Positions 52,355 through 61,869 of a stretch of DNA of 64,000 bases are shown piece after piece (within the stretch, counting starts at the first letter, position 1; every line of letters starts with the position of its first letter). The translations under genes and the position numbers were made by a program. Location: NCBI GenBank assembly GCA_003697085.1, contig RFFU01000074.1:17562-81561 (forward strand), given 5' to 3'. Origin of the DNA: Candidatus Hydrogenedentota bacterium (GTDB taxonomy: Bacteria; UBA8481; J006). The notes below the pieces were generated by a model, which did not search any database, was not told the DNA's origin, and saw only the letters and a list, made by a program, of their open reading frames with translations.

Positions 52355-52903
52355 TCACTCCCCCTTCAACACCCGGTATATCCTCCGGCGCAATTCTTCC
52401 ACCCCATAACCGGTCCGCGCGGAAATCGCGATCACTTCCGTTCCGGCCGGGGATTGAGCCTCTCTTCGCCGCATTATTCCCGGAATGGCGGAACGCGCAA
52501 CCTTGTCCGCTTTCGTCAAAAGGAGCAGGTTCTCTCCCTCCCCCTTGGCGAACCACCCTAAAAATTCGCGTTCCTCCTCCCTCAACTCCCGCCGAATATC
52601 ACAGCAGAGAACGAAGAGGGCGACATATCCGGAGGCGAGAAGTTCCCGAATCAGCGGTTCGAAGTTCCGTGAACGCACCTTCGCCGTGGCGGCGTAGCCG
52701 TACCCCGGAAGATCAACGAAATAACCGCCTTGGGAAAGAGAAAAGAAGTTCGCCGCCGCGGTGCAACCGGGCGTCTTCGAGACACGGGCTAATTTTCGGT
52801 TTCCGCACAGAAGATTGAGGACCGTGGACTTTCCGGCGTTGCTCCTCCCGCCGAACAGGACCCATCGCGCATCGTCCCGCGGGAAATCCCTCGCCGACAC
52901 CAC
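52355..52903 (-). CDS. engB: ribosome biogenesis GTP-binding protein YsxC/EngB
   Basis: GRSNAGKSTVLN (G1), DLPGYGYA (G3), TKADK (G4). Directly downstream of lon. Confidence 0.88.
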   Translation of the reverse strand: MVSARDFPRDDARWVLFGGRSNAGKSTVLNLLCGNRKLARVSKTPGCTAAANFFSLSQGGYFVDLPGYGYAATAKVRSRNFEPLIRELLASGYVALFVLCCDIRRELREEEREFLGWFAKGEGENLLLLTKADKVARSAIPGIMRRREAQSPAGTEVIAISARTGYGVEELRRRIYRVLKGE

Positions 52904-52938
52904 GCTTTTGTGGAAAGCGGCTTCAAACCGGATCGGAA

Positions 52939-55386
52939 CTACCTCTTCTTCTTCCGAGCCCTTCCCGACGGCGCCTTCCGCGCCAACGCCAAATCCAAAA
53001 CCTCGTCCATCGACTCGACGGGATGGAATTGGATCTTTTTCTTGATGGATTCGGGAATGTCCTCGAGGTCACGTTCGTTCTCTTTCGGAAAGATGACATG
53101 ATCGATTCCCGCGCGGGCGGCGGCCATAAGTTTCTCCTTCAATCCCCCGATCGGAAGAACCTTTCCTCGCAACGTGATCTCGCCTGTCATCGCCAAATCG
53201 CAACGAACGACGCGATTCGAAACGAGCGAAAGCAGCGCGGTGGCGATCGTGATTCCCGCCGAAGGCCCATCCTTCGGTATGGCCCCTTCGGGAACATGCA
53301 CGTGGACGTCGGTCTTCTTGAAGAAATCCCGCGGACATCCGAACTCCTTCGCGCGCGAGCGGGTGTATCCGTAGGCGGCTTGAGCCGATTCCTGCATCAC
53401 CTCTCCCAGTTTCCCCGTCAGGGTCAGTTTTCCCGTCCCAGGCATCTTCAGGGCCTCCACGGCCAGCAACTCGCCTCCCGTCTCCGTCCAAGCCAATCCC
53501 ATCACGACACCGACCTCGGGTTTCTTTTCCGCGGTTCCCGGCCGGTATTTCGGCACGCCGAGATAGGTTTTGAGGTCTTCCGGAGCGATGCGGCGCGGAG
53601 CGGGCCTTTTCTTCTCCGGTCTCCCGGGGCTTCCCGCTTTCTTCTTTCTCTTCCCCCTTCCCGTTCCTTCTCCCTGCTCGACGATCTCACGTGCCACCTT
53701 CCGGCATGTGCGTGCGATCGAGCGCTCCAAGTTTCTAACTCCGGCTTCGCGCGTGTACTCCCGGATGATTCGATACAGCGTTTCGTCTGGAAACGTGATC
53801 CGAAACTTCTTCAGCCCGTGCTCCTCCAGTTGTTTCGGAACAAGAAAACGTTTCCCGATCTCGACCTTCTCGTCATCGGTGTACCCGGAAAGATTGATCA
53901 CCTCCATCCGATCCAGAAGCGGACGAGGAATCGGATAGAGAACGTTGGCCGTGGTGATGAAGATGACCTGCGAGAGATTGTAGTCGACGTCGAGGTAGTG
54001 ATCGGCGAAGGTCGCGTTCTGCTCGGGATCGAGAACTTCGAGGAGAGCTGCGGAGGGATCGCCCCGAAAATCCATCGCCATCTTGTCCACTTCGTCGAGA
54101 AGAAAGAGCGGATTGATCGAACCGGCGCGGCGCATTCCCTGAATGATCCTTCCGGGCAACGCCCCCACGTACGTACGGCGATGCCCGCGGATTTCCGCCT
54201 CGTCCCGCACACCCCCCAGACTCATTCTGACGAACTTCCGCCCGATCGCCCGCGCGATGCTCCGCCCCAAACTCGTCTTTCCCACCCCGGGCGGTCCGAC
54301 GAAACAGAGGATCGGTCCGCGATGCGTGCGCGAAAGTTTCCGTACAGAGAGATACTCGAGGATTCGTTCCTTTGCCTTCTCCAACCCGTAATGGTCCTCA
54401 TCGAGGATCCTCGCGGCCTTGCGGATATCGAGCCGGTCCCGCGTCGAGGTCTTCCATGGAAGTTCCACGAGCCAATCGAGATACGTGCGGCAGACGGAAG
54501 CCTCGGCCGACATCGGGCTCATTCGCTCCAGTCTCCGCAACTCGCGCTCCGCCTTCACCCGAACCTCGTCCGGCATCCCCGCCGCGGCGATCTTCTGCTT
54601 CAGTTCCTCCATCTCGGTGAAGTCCTCGTCCTTCTTCCCGAGCTCCTTCTGGATCGCCTTCATCTGTTCGTTGAGATAATACTCCCTTTGCGTCTGCTCC
54701 ATCTGACTTCGCACTTCGCTGCGGATCTTCTTTTCGATCTTGAGAATCTCGATCTCGGCCGTCAGTTTCTCCATGATCAACTCGATACGCCGCTTCAAGT
54801 CGCGCGTCTCGAGTATCTCCTGCTTGTCCTTGACCTTCAGAACCATCTGCGCCGCGATCGCGTCCGCTACGCGCGCGGGATCCTCCTGGTTCGTGATCGC
54901 CATCACCGTCTCCGGAGGAACACGCTTGTTCAATTTCACGTATTGTTCGAAAAGCCCCACGCAACTGCGCAACAGTGCGGCGAATTCAACCGTCCCTTCC
55001 ACAATGTCCGGATACGGCGCCGTCAAAACCTCGAAGTATGCATCATTCGGAAGATAATCCCGGATCGCTCTCCGCTCGACCCCTTCCACCAGAACCTTGA
55101 TCGTTCCATCGGGCAGTTTGAGCAGTTGGAGGATCTCAGAGACGGTTCCGATCCGGAAGATGTCGTCTTGAACCGGATCGTCGGTCGTGGGGTCTCGTTG
55201 AGCGGCAAGAAAGATGAGACGCGGTCCCTTCATCGCCGCGTTCAAGGCTTCGACCGAGCGCTCGCGTCCCACGAAAAGCGGAATGACCATATGCGGGAAA
55301 ACGACGAGATCGCGCAAGGGCAACAGCGGCAGCGCCTCCGGAATCCGGGTGACCGAAGCCGCACGCTTGATCGGTCCCGCCGTCAC
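52939..55386 (-). CDS. lon: ATP-dependent Lon protease (LonA)
   Basis: LON N-domain ([24 protein letters not shown]), Walker [10 protein letters not shown], and protease site [10 protein letters not shown]. Confidence 0.95.
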   Translation of the reverse strand: MTAGPIKRAASVTRIPEALPLLPLRDLVVFPHMVIPLFVGRERSVEALNAAMKGPRLIFLAAQRDPTTDDPVQDDIFRIGTVSEILQLLKLPDGTIKVLVEGVERRAIRDYLPNDAYFEVLTAPYPDIVEGTVEFAALLRSCVGLFEQYVKLNKRVPPETVMAITNQEDPARVADAIAAQMVLKVKDKQEILETRDLKRRIELIMEKLTAEIEILKIEKKIRSEVRSQMEQTQREYYLNEQMKAIQKELGKKDEDFTEMEELKQKIAAAGMPDEVRVKAERELRRLERMSPMSAEASVCRTYLDWLVELPWKTSTRDRLDIRKAARILDEDHYGLEKAKERILEYLSVRKLSRTHRGPILCFVGPPGVGKTSLGRSIARAIGRKFVRMSLGGVRDEAEIRGHRRTYVGALPGRIIQGMRRAGSINPLFLLDEVDKMAMDFRGDPSAALLEVLDPEQNATFADHYLDVDYNLSQVIFITTANVLYPIPRPLLDRMEVINLSGYTDDEKVEIGKRFLVPKQLEEHGLKKFRITFPDETLYRIIREYTREAGVRNLERSIARTCRKVAREIVEQGEGTGRGKRKKKAGSPGRPEKKRPAPRRIAPEDLKTYLGVPKYRPGTAEKKPEVGVVMGLAWTETGGELLAVEALKMPGTGKLTLTGKLGEVMQESAQAAYGYTRSRAKEFGCPRDFFKKTDVHVHVPEGAIPKDGPSAGITIATALLSLVSNRVVRCDLAMTGEITLRGKVLPIGGLKEKLMAAARAGIDHVIFPKENERDLEDIPESIKKKIQFHPVESMDEVLDLALARKAPSGRARKKKR

Positions 55387-55574
55387 GGACTCTCTCCGAA
55401 GAACCGCACCGGCCGCCTCCTGCGCCCGCGTCCTCGTTTTTTAACTCGTTTCGAACTCGTTTTCGTCATTCGTGGGACGGAGTCTAGCCGGGAATCCTTC
55501 CCGGTGGCAAGAAGATTGCGAACGTTTCCGAAGCGGGCATGAGAAATTTTCGGTGAGGAACGTCCCTACGAGCG

Positions 55575-55985
55575 CGGGTTCTATATGCCGGGAACGCCGG
55601 CATCCCTGCCGGCAGAAATGGGGCGCAGGTTCTCCAACCTGCGGAAGCCAAATCGTGCACCCGTAGGGGATTCCTCGTCGGACTGCGCCTGCCTGCCGGC
55701 AGGCAGGCCCGCCTCGGAATGACACTACGTGCGGATCGCCGGTCGCCGCTACGATTGTCGGTCGTGCCAGGAGGGCGACCGGCCGGTCGCCCCTGTGGGA
55801 AGGATGCCCGCGCTCCCAGGTTCCCCTCCTCCCCTTTTTCCTTCTCCCTTTTGCCTTTTTCCTTTTGCCTTCTTCCCGTTCCGTTTTTCGTGATTTCCGT
55901 GTCCGTGGTTTTACTTCCTTCCGCGTCTTCCGTGGTTCTCATTTTTTCCGTGTCCTTCCGCGTGCTCCGTGGTCCTCAGTTTGTG
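55575..55985. repeat. intergenic repeat island (C, A-inverted, partial C-inverted, degenerate B-inverted, module D)
   Basis: C at 55590-55650. A inverted at 55663-55715. Pyrimidine-rich stretch at 55821-55885. TTCCGTG/TTCCGCG-rich module D at 55886-55985, which recurs at 58060-58155. Confidence 0.7.
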
Positions 55986-56377
55986 ACGACGAGTTTGAAG
56001 ATCTGCCGGCTCCGAGCGGGACCGCAGGAAGCATGACAGGTGAAGGCGTAGGTCCCCGGGACAGTCGCCGGGATCTCGATCGGCCCCGCCTCAGGTCCCT
56101 TCTCCTCCCCCTCCTTCCGTGCCGGAATCACAAGGTCGATCCCCAAGGCGCGATTCGTCAAGGTGTGTTCCACGTCGAGCGATCGCGCACGCAGCCGAAG
56201 AATCGTTCCCTTTCGCACCGTTATGCGCGCCGGCTCGTATCCCCACTGCCATGCCGTAAGATTCACTTCGCGTACCGCCGGCAGCGGCTCCATCAGATTC
56301 TCCCGGCAACCCCACGCCAACAACGCCACGCCGAAAAGCGCGATCACGGCTCTCCGAGAAGGTCGAATTCCGCTCAT
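55976..56377 (-). CDS. small cupredoxin-like lipoprotein with incomplete copper site
   Basis: [24 protein letters not shown] (signal/lipobox-like), then a beta-rich domain ending [12 protein letters not shown]. This resembles the C-terminal ligand loop of cupredoxins but lacks the following His/Met. The ATG overlaps the thrC stop (ATGA at 56374-56377). Confidence 0.5.
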   Translation of the reverse strand: MSGIRPSRRAVIALFGVALLAWGCRENLMEPLPAVREVNLTAWQWGYEPARITVRKGTILRLRARSLDVEHTLTNRALGIDLVIPARKEGEEKGPEAGPIEIPATVPGTYAFTCHASCGPARSRQIFKLVVTN

Positions 56378-57744
56378 GAGGCCATTCGGTCCCGGTGCAT
56401 CCGAATTGCCTCGAGAACCGCTTCCGCTCTCGCCGGTAATTCCACCGGCTTGTTGACGTAATGCCCGACGACCCCTTCGAGCGCATCCGTGTGATATCGA
56501 ATCTTGAACTCTGGAAACTTCAAACCGTTGGCCGTGGAAATCACGACAACCTTTTCGTCCTTCCGAATAATTCCCTTTTCCAGACACTTGATCAACGAGG
56601 CCAATGCGACACCGGTGTGGGGACAATTGAAGAGTCCCGTCCGATCCGCGCGGGCGACGGCATCCGAGAGTTCCTGTTCCGTCGCCTGCTCGACGATCCC
56701 GTTGAACCGTTTCAATGTTCGTATCGCCCGCCGAATCGATACCGGATTCCCGATCTGAATCGCCGAAGCCAATGTCTTTTCCGCTTTCTTCGGACGAAAC
56801 TCCGCAAACCCGGTGAGAAAGGATTCGTAGAGCGGATTGGCGCGCGCGGCCTGCGCGCAAACGATCCGCGGCAATCGGTTGATCACGCCCAACTCCTTCA
56901 TCATCCAGAAACCGCTTCCGAGGGCGGAGACGTTACCGAGGTTTCCGCCGGGAATCACGACCCAGTCCGGAACCTCCCAATCACACTGCTGAACGATCTC
57001 GAACGCGACCGTCTTCTGTCCCTCGATCCGCAACGAATTCATCGAGTTGGCGAGATAGATTGATTTGTCCTTTGTGATCTCCTTGACGATGGCCATGCAC
57101 CCGTCGAAGTCGGTATCGAGAGAAAGAACGAGAGCGCCGTTGGCGATCGGCTGGATCAGTTGGGCCGGCGAGATCTTCGCTCGAGGAAGCAGAACCACCG
57201 CTGGGATGCCCGCGGCCGCGCAGTATGCGGCCAGCGCCGCCGAGGTATCACCGGTCGAGGCACACGCGACGGCGTCGATTGCGATTCCCTGAGCAATCAT
57301 CTCGTTCACCATCGAAACCAACACCGTCATGCCGAGATCCTTGAAGGAGCCAGTGTGCGAATTGCCGCACTGCTTGATCCAAAGATCCTCGACCCCGATC
57401 TCGGCTCCAAATCGCTCCGCCCAAAAGAGATTCGTTCCGCCTTCATACATCGAGATGACATTCTCATTACTCACTTCCGGGCAGACCCATTCCTTTTTTC
57501 CCCAAACCCCTGATCCGTAAGGCCAATTCGTGCGCATATAACGCTCGTCGAAGAGCCGGCGCCAGTAATTCGGAGATTGCTGCTTCAATCGTTCGATATC
57601 GTGTTCGACCTCGAGTAACCCTCCGCACTTCGGACAGTGATAAACGATCTCGGTAAGATCCAAGCGAACATCGCAACCTTCTCCACATCGAAACCAGGCC
57701 CGATAAGGAGTCTGCTGTCGGTGATTTTCACGGTTGCCAGCCAT
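56374..57744 (-). CDS. thrC: threonine synthase with N-terminal zinc-ribbon
   Basis: PLP-lysine motif HTGSFKDLG and typical fold-type II PLP blocks. N-terminal Cys pairs CGEGC...CPKCGG. Confidence 0.92.
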   Translation of the reverse strand: MAGNRENHRQQTPYRAWFRCGEGCDVRLDLTEIVYHCPKCGGLLEVEHDIERLKQQSPNYWRRLFDERYMRTNWPYGSGVWGKKEWVCPEVSNENVISMYEGGTNLFWAERFGAEIGVEDLWIKQCGNSHTGSFKDLGMTVLVSMVNEMIAQGIAIDAVACASTGDTSAALAAYCAAAGIPAVVLLPRAKISPAQLIQPIANGALVLSLDTDFDGCMAIVKEITKDKSIYLANSMNSLRIEGQKTVAFEIVQQCDWEVPDWVVIPGGNLGNVSALGSGFWMMKELGVINRLPRIVCAQAARANPLYESFLTGFAEFRPKKAEKTLASAIQIGNPVSIRRAIRTLKRFNGIVEQATEQELSDAVARADRTGLFNCPHTGVALASLIKCLEKGIIRKDEKVVVISTANGLKFPEFKIRYHTDALEGVVGHYVNKPVELPARAEAVLEAIRMHRDRMAS

Positions 57745-58019
57745 ACGCTGATCCTATCCGGGAACTTTCCTCTGCGGCAAGCACGGAATCCGATTTTCTT
57801 GGTGACCGGATTGCGCGGATGCGTTCGCTCCGCGTGGCAGTCGGCAACGAGGCGCGGATTCTCAACCCACGGAGGCGAAAAAAGCGCTGGAGAGGCGGAC
57901 GTACCGTTGCGCCCTCCAATGGCCGCCTTCTTTTTTATCCCGGTTCCGATGCCGGCCCCTCGATCAGCCGATGGGGAATAGAGAGACGGGATTCGTGTTG
58001 GATAGCCAAGAGCGTTCGC

Positions 58020-58155
58020 GCCCTTCTTCCTTTGTTTCCTTTGCCCTGTCTCCTTCCTCCTATTTCCGTGCATTCGGTGTATTCCGGGGTTCTCCTTTTC
58101 CGTTTTCCGTCTCTTCCGCGGTTCCTTTCCGCTCCGTGTGTTCCGGTGTTTCGGG
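58020..58155. repeat. degenerate B-inverted + module D copy
   Basis: CCCTTCTTCCTTTGTTTCCTTTGCCC... followed by TTTCCGTCTCTTCCGCGGTTCC...GCTCCGTGTG, parallel to 55821-55985. Confidence 0.55.
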
Positions 58156-58197
58156 CTTGACCAGCGTTACTTTCGAATTGTAGGTGGGGAGGGGGTT

Positions 58198-58899
58198 TCA
58201 GAGGGCTCCGAGTTGTCTGAGGTTGACCCGGGCGGGCTCCATGTTGGGATCGATCAGAAGGGCCGCCCAGTAGTTCTCGACCGCCTTCCTCCGGTTTTGA
58301 AGAGATTGATAGGCTACCCCGAGGGAAAAGTATCCCAGTGCGTCGAACGGATGGTGCCGTACGTAACGGGTGAATATCTCGACGGCGCCCGTGTCATTGC
58401 CGAGCCGTAAACGACACGAACCGACCAACGTCATTACCGTCGTGTCGTCCGGCATCTCGCGAAGGACCGAAAGGCCGTACTCCTCGGCTCGCTCGTAGTC
58501 TCCGCCGTCGTAGTACTGGAGGGCGATATAGAGTCGCCGGAGCCGGTCCAGTTCCGAGAGGAAGGCGGCGCGGTCGGGAGGAACCGGGGCGGCGGCAGCG
58601 GCGGAAGCAGCAATGCCGACGGGACGGGAAGGAGCGGAAGGCGAAGGGGTCGTGGAGGGGGAGGCGGGAGCCGAAGGAGCGCGAACTGAGGACGCGTGTT
58701 GCGCGGTCTCGGCGGAAGCGGTGGAGGGGAGAAGGGAGGGCGAGGAGAGGGAGGCGGCAATGCTGGAGTCGGCGGTGGGAGCGGAGGCGGGTGCGGTTTC
58801 GATGCCGGGGACCGGCGCGCTTGCGGGGGGAGCGGAAGAAGACTCCGCCGCCCCGGCGGGACGCGCGGCCGCCAGAAGCAACACTAGCGGAAACAGCAT
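58198..58899 (-). CDS. secreted TPR repeat protein with Ala/Ser/Pro-rich linker
   Basis: MLFPLVLLLAAARPAGA signal-like start, a low-complexity A/S/P region, and C-terminal TPRs (YIALQYYDGGDYERAEEY, ALGYFSLGVAYQSLQNRRKAVENYWAALLIDP). The ORF-track start (59139) runs through the tRNA-Leu gene, so the start was moved. ATG 58899 is one of two candidates. Confidence 0.6.
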   Translation of the reverse strand: MLFPLVLLLAAARPAGAAESSSAPPASAPVPGIETAPASAPTADSSIAASLSSPSLLPSTASAETAQHASSVRAPSAPASPSTTPSPSAPSRPVGIAASAAAAAPVPPDRAAFLSELDRLRRLYIALQYYDGGDYERAEEYGLSVLREMPDDTTVMTLVGSCRLRLGNDTGAVEIFTRYVRHHPFDALGYFSLGVAYQSLQNRRKAVENYWAALLIDPNMEPARVNLRQLGAL

Positions 58900-59057
58900 C
58901 TTTCCCTTGCCGGAATATGCGAAGTGGGAAAGGACCGAGACGAAGCACAGCGAGAAAACCGAATTCAATTTTGAGAACCCTTTGGACATCATTTCCAGAT
59001 CCAGATAAATATAATCGGTCTTTCCGCTCGAGTCAGAAAGGATTTTCGAGTGAAAAA

Positions 59058-59145
59058 TGGTGCCCCGGGCGGGATTCGAACCCGCACTCCCTTTTGGGGA
59101 ACCGGATTTTAAGTCCGGCGCGTCTGCCGATTCCGCCACCGGGGC
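59058..59145 (-). tRNA. tRNA-Leu (anticodon TAA)
   Basis: Reverse complement is GCCCCGGTGGCGGAATCGGCAGACGCGCCGGACTTAAAATCCGGTTCCCCAAAAGGGAGTGCGGGTTCGAATCCCGCCCGGGGCACCA. Long variable arm, encoded CCA. Confidence 0.9.
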
Positions 59146-59448
59146 TCCGACGGCGGAAATATCTTATGCCACTGATCCAACGTCGAAAACAGGATTTCAA
59201 CCCCGCGAATGGTGTTTAAGAGAACTGCAATTTTTGTAATTCTTTTTCATTTCCTGGTTTTTATGGTTTTTCCTTTTCCGGTGTCCCGTCTTTCAGAACA
59301 GAAGAAGATGGTTGGGAAAGCGGGACAGTCGTTTGCGAAAAATTCTTATCCAATAGCTATGGAATACAGATTCTCCAATTTGAGCGGGAATCGAGTTGTT
59401 TAAATCTTCTGTTCCTCATTTTTTTGAATTACGAAGTGATCCGTGGTC

Positions 59449-60579
59449 TCAAGCGGGGCGTTTTCGCGCCCGCCCTTCCGTCACGGGGAGACTTTCGGCG
59501 CGGGCCAGCCGGGAGAGCTGTTCATCGACGGTTTGTGCAACCCGAGGGAAGTTCTCGTCGGTTACGTTCCTATACGGGAAGGGACGGTGGGGGCCGGCTC
59601 CGGCGCTTCCCGCTCCGCGATGTCCTCCGCCGCCGAACGGTCGCAGCATTTCTCCCGCGTGAAGTTCGTTCTCCCGCGGATTGATCCTGATCGAGAGGAA
59701 CGGGTCGCGGTGGAGGAAGACGGCGACGCGTGCGTGAAGGTTCTGGAGGCAGTGAAGGCCGGCGGCGGTGACCTTAAGTCCGTGATGAGGGGGCATCAGA
59801 GCATAGACGACGTCGATGCGGCGTCCGGAGGCTAAGCGCCATCGGCGCCAGTGGTACCTCAATTCCCGCAAGAGGCGTTGCGTCTTCTCCTCCTGTCGGG
59901 AATGCACGGCGGCCAACTCGCGGTTCCAAAAAATTCCCCGGGAAAGGCAATCCGCTAGTTTCAAGGGAGGATAGTCGGCGCCGATCACGACCGAGATGCG
60001 ATTGGCTTCGGGAATCTCACGGAGCCCGAAGTCCTGATCGTGCGCCCACCGCATAATCCTCCGCGCGGTTTCGTCCAGGGGGACGTTCCATACACGTTCG
60101 AGGAAACGGGCCGTGACTTCCGTCGCACAAAGTTTTCGAGTATGGTCCAGAACTCGATCCTCCTCGGGACAAAAGGGGCAGATCCAAAGGGAGCGGATCA
60201 ATCCGTTTCGGTGGAATTCTTCGAAGATCGCTCGAGTCTCGCGTGTTACAGGGTGATGGTCGAGAAAATGGAGAATGACCTTCTGCGCGCGGAGTTTTTC
60301 GAGGCGTTGTCTGAGACCATCGCGGCCACCGGATTCCGGTTTCAATAATACATCGGGCGGAATATCCGCCAGTAAAATCTCCGTATTCCTTCGTTGAAGG
60401 AGGCGATCGAGCCCCGAGGAGTAGTAATCAATCATATCGAGTTCAAAGTCGCGACCGTACCGAAAGCCCTTTGCCATCGCTGTATGTTGGAGCAAGGCCA
60501 GAGATGCAACCGCGTCGAAATCCGTTCTTGTGTTCTCTCCCTCGGGAGATCCGTGGCTGACGTAGAGATAACGAGGCAT
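59449..60579 (-). CDS. DHH/DHHA1 family phosphoesterase (NrnA/RecJ-like core)
   Basis: Motif I DFDAVAS, motif III FLDHHP, DHHA1 motif FGGGGHRGAGS. Confidence 0.75.
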   Translation of the reverse strand: MPRYLYVSHGSPEGENTRTDFDAVASLALLQHTAMAKGFRYGRDFELDMIDYYSSGLDRLLQRRNTEILLADIPPDVLLKPESGGRDGLRQRLEKLRAQKVILHFLDHHPVTRETRAIFEEFHRNGLIRSLWICPFCPEEDRVLDHTRKLCATEVTARFLERVWNVPLDETARRIMRWAHDQDFGLREIPEANRISVVIGADYPPLKLADCLSRGIFWNRELAAVHSRQEEKTQRLLRELRYHWRRWRLASGRRIDVVYALMPPHHGLKVTAAGLHCLQNLHARVAVFLHRDPFLSIRINPRENELHAGEMLRPFGGGGHRGAGSAGAGPHRPFPYRNVTDENFPRVAQTVDEQLSRLARAESLPVTEGRARKRPA

Positions 60580-60803
60580 AGTACTTCCACTCCGATGAAT
60601 TATGAAAAGTGAGTATAATCCGAAAGCAATTCACGTTAAGATATTTCTTCATTTCTCGGCCGGGATGTCAAAATACCCTTTACGCGACCGCGACGCGACG
60701 TGTGAACGCCGGGCCGGGATGCTTGAACTTTTTTCGTGAGGAGTATCTCCTTCCAAATTCAGCGACGTTTTTTCGGAGAGGGCCATAGGGTGACTGAGAA
60801 CAA

Positions 60804-61850
60804 ATGAGCAAGATAGCGGTGGCAATGTCGGGAGGCGTCGACTCCTCGGTCGTTTTTCGTATGTTGTACGAGGAGGGGCACGAGGTTTTTGGAATCACGA
60901 TGCGGCATCTTCCCGAAGAGTTGGTTCGGGACAGGATCGGTTCTTGTTGTGCTCCTCGGGCTGTTCGTGCGGCTTCTCGTTTGGCGGCGTCTCTGAACCG
61001 GCCGCACTATCTTTTTGATCTCTCGGAGGAGTTCGCCGCCACGGTGATGCGGTGGACGGCCGAGGCCTATCGAAGTGGAGTGACGCCGAATCCCTGCGTG
61101 TTGTGTAACGAGGGAATCAAGTTCGGCCTGCTTTTTCAGCGGGCGCGGGCTTTGGGGGCGGAGTTCCTCGCCACCGGTCATTACGCCCGTGTCCACAACG
61201 GGCGTCTTTTCGCGGCCCGGGATCGGATGCGGGACCAATCTTATTTTCTCTACCGCGTGCCGAGATCGGTCCTTTCCGCGACGTTTTTTCCTCTCGGGGA
61301 AGTGGGCAAAGACGAGGTGCGGAGGATGGCCGAGGAATGGGATTTGGAGATGAAGGATGCGCCGGATTCGACCGACGTCTGCTTCGCTCCCGAGGGGGAT
61401 TTTTCCTATATCTTCGAACGTTTCGCGCCGGAGGCGATCGAGTCCGGACCGATCGTCGACGAGGCAACGCGTCTCTTGGGAAGACACCGCGGCTTCGGGC
61501 GCGTGACGATCGGCCAGAGGCGAGGGTTGGGGATTCCGGCCTCCGAACGGCTTTATGTCCGGGCGATACGCCCGGAAACGAAGACGGTCGTTCTCGGCGG
61601 GCGTCCCGTTGCCTCGCGGATGCTCGTGGAGAACCTCATTTGGCATCAGAAAATGCCGGAGCGATTCGAGGCGGTGGTCAAGATTCGGAGCCGGCATCCG
61701 GGGCGCGCCGTGTCGATCGAACGTATCGGAGACCGCTGTCATGTCACCTTTCCGGCTCCGGAACCGAACGTGACACCGGGGCAATCCGCCGTCTTTTATG
61801 AAGGCGATTGTGTTTTGGGGGGAGGCATTATTTGCCAAGGCGAAGTGTGA
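60804..61850 (+). CDS. mnmA: tRNA 2-thiouridine(34) synthase
   Basis: PP-loop IAVAMSGGVDSSV, catalytic Cys context NPCVLCN, and ATGHYAR. Confidence 0.92.
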   Translation: MSKIAVAMSGGVDSSVVFRMLYEEGHEVFGITMRHLPEELVRDRIGSCCAPRAVRAASRLAASLNRPHYLFDLSEEFAATVMRWTAEAYRSGVTPNPCVLCNEGIKFGLLFQRARALGAEFLATGHYARVHNGRLFAARDRMRDQSYFLYRVPRSVLSATFFPLGEVGKDEVRRMAEEWDLEMKDAPDSTDVCFAPEGDFSYIFERFAPEAIESGPIVDEATRLLGRHRGFGRVTIGQRRGLGIPASERLYVRAIRPETKTVVLGGRPVASRMLVENLIWHQKMPERFEAVVKIRSRHPGRAVSIERIGDRCHVTFPAPEPNVTPGQSAVFYEGDCVLGGGIICQGEV

Positions 61851-61869
61851 CGCGTAGAATCGGGTCGCT

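Noticed and set aside
59146-59448. Integrated mobile element at tRNA-Leu.
   Set aside because: No integrase or recombinase gene, and I could not spot a repeat of the tRNA 3' end. Only 300 bp of AT-rich DNA lies before the next ordinary gene.
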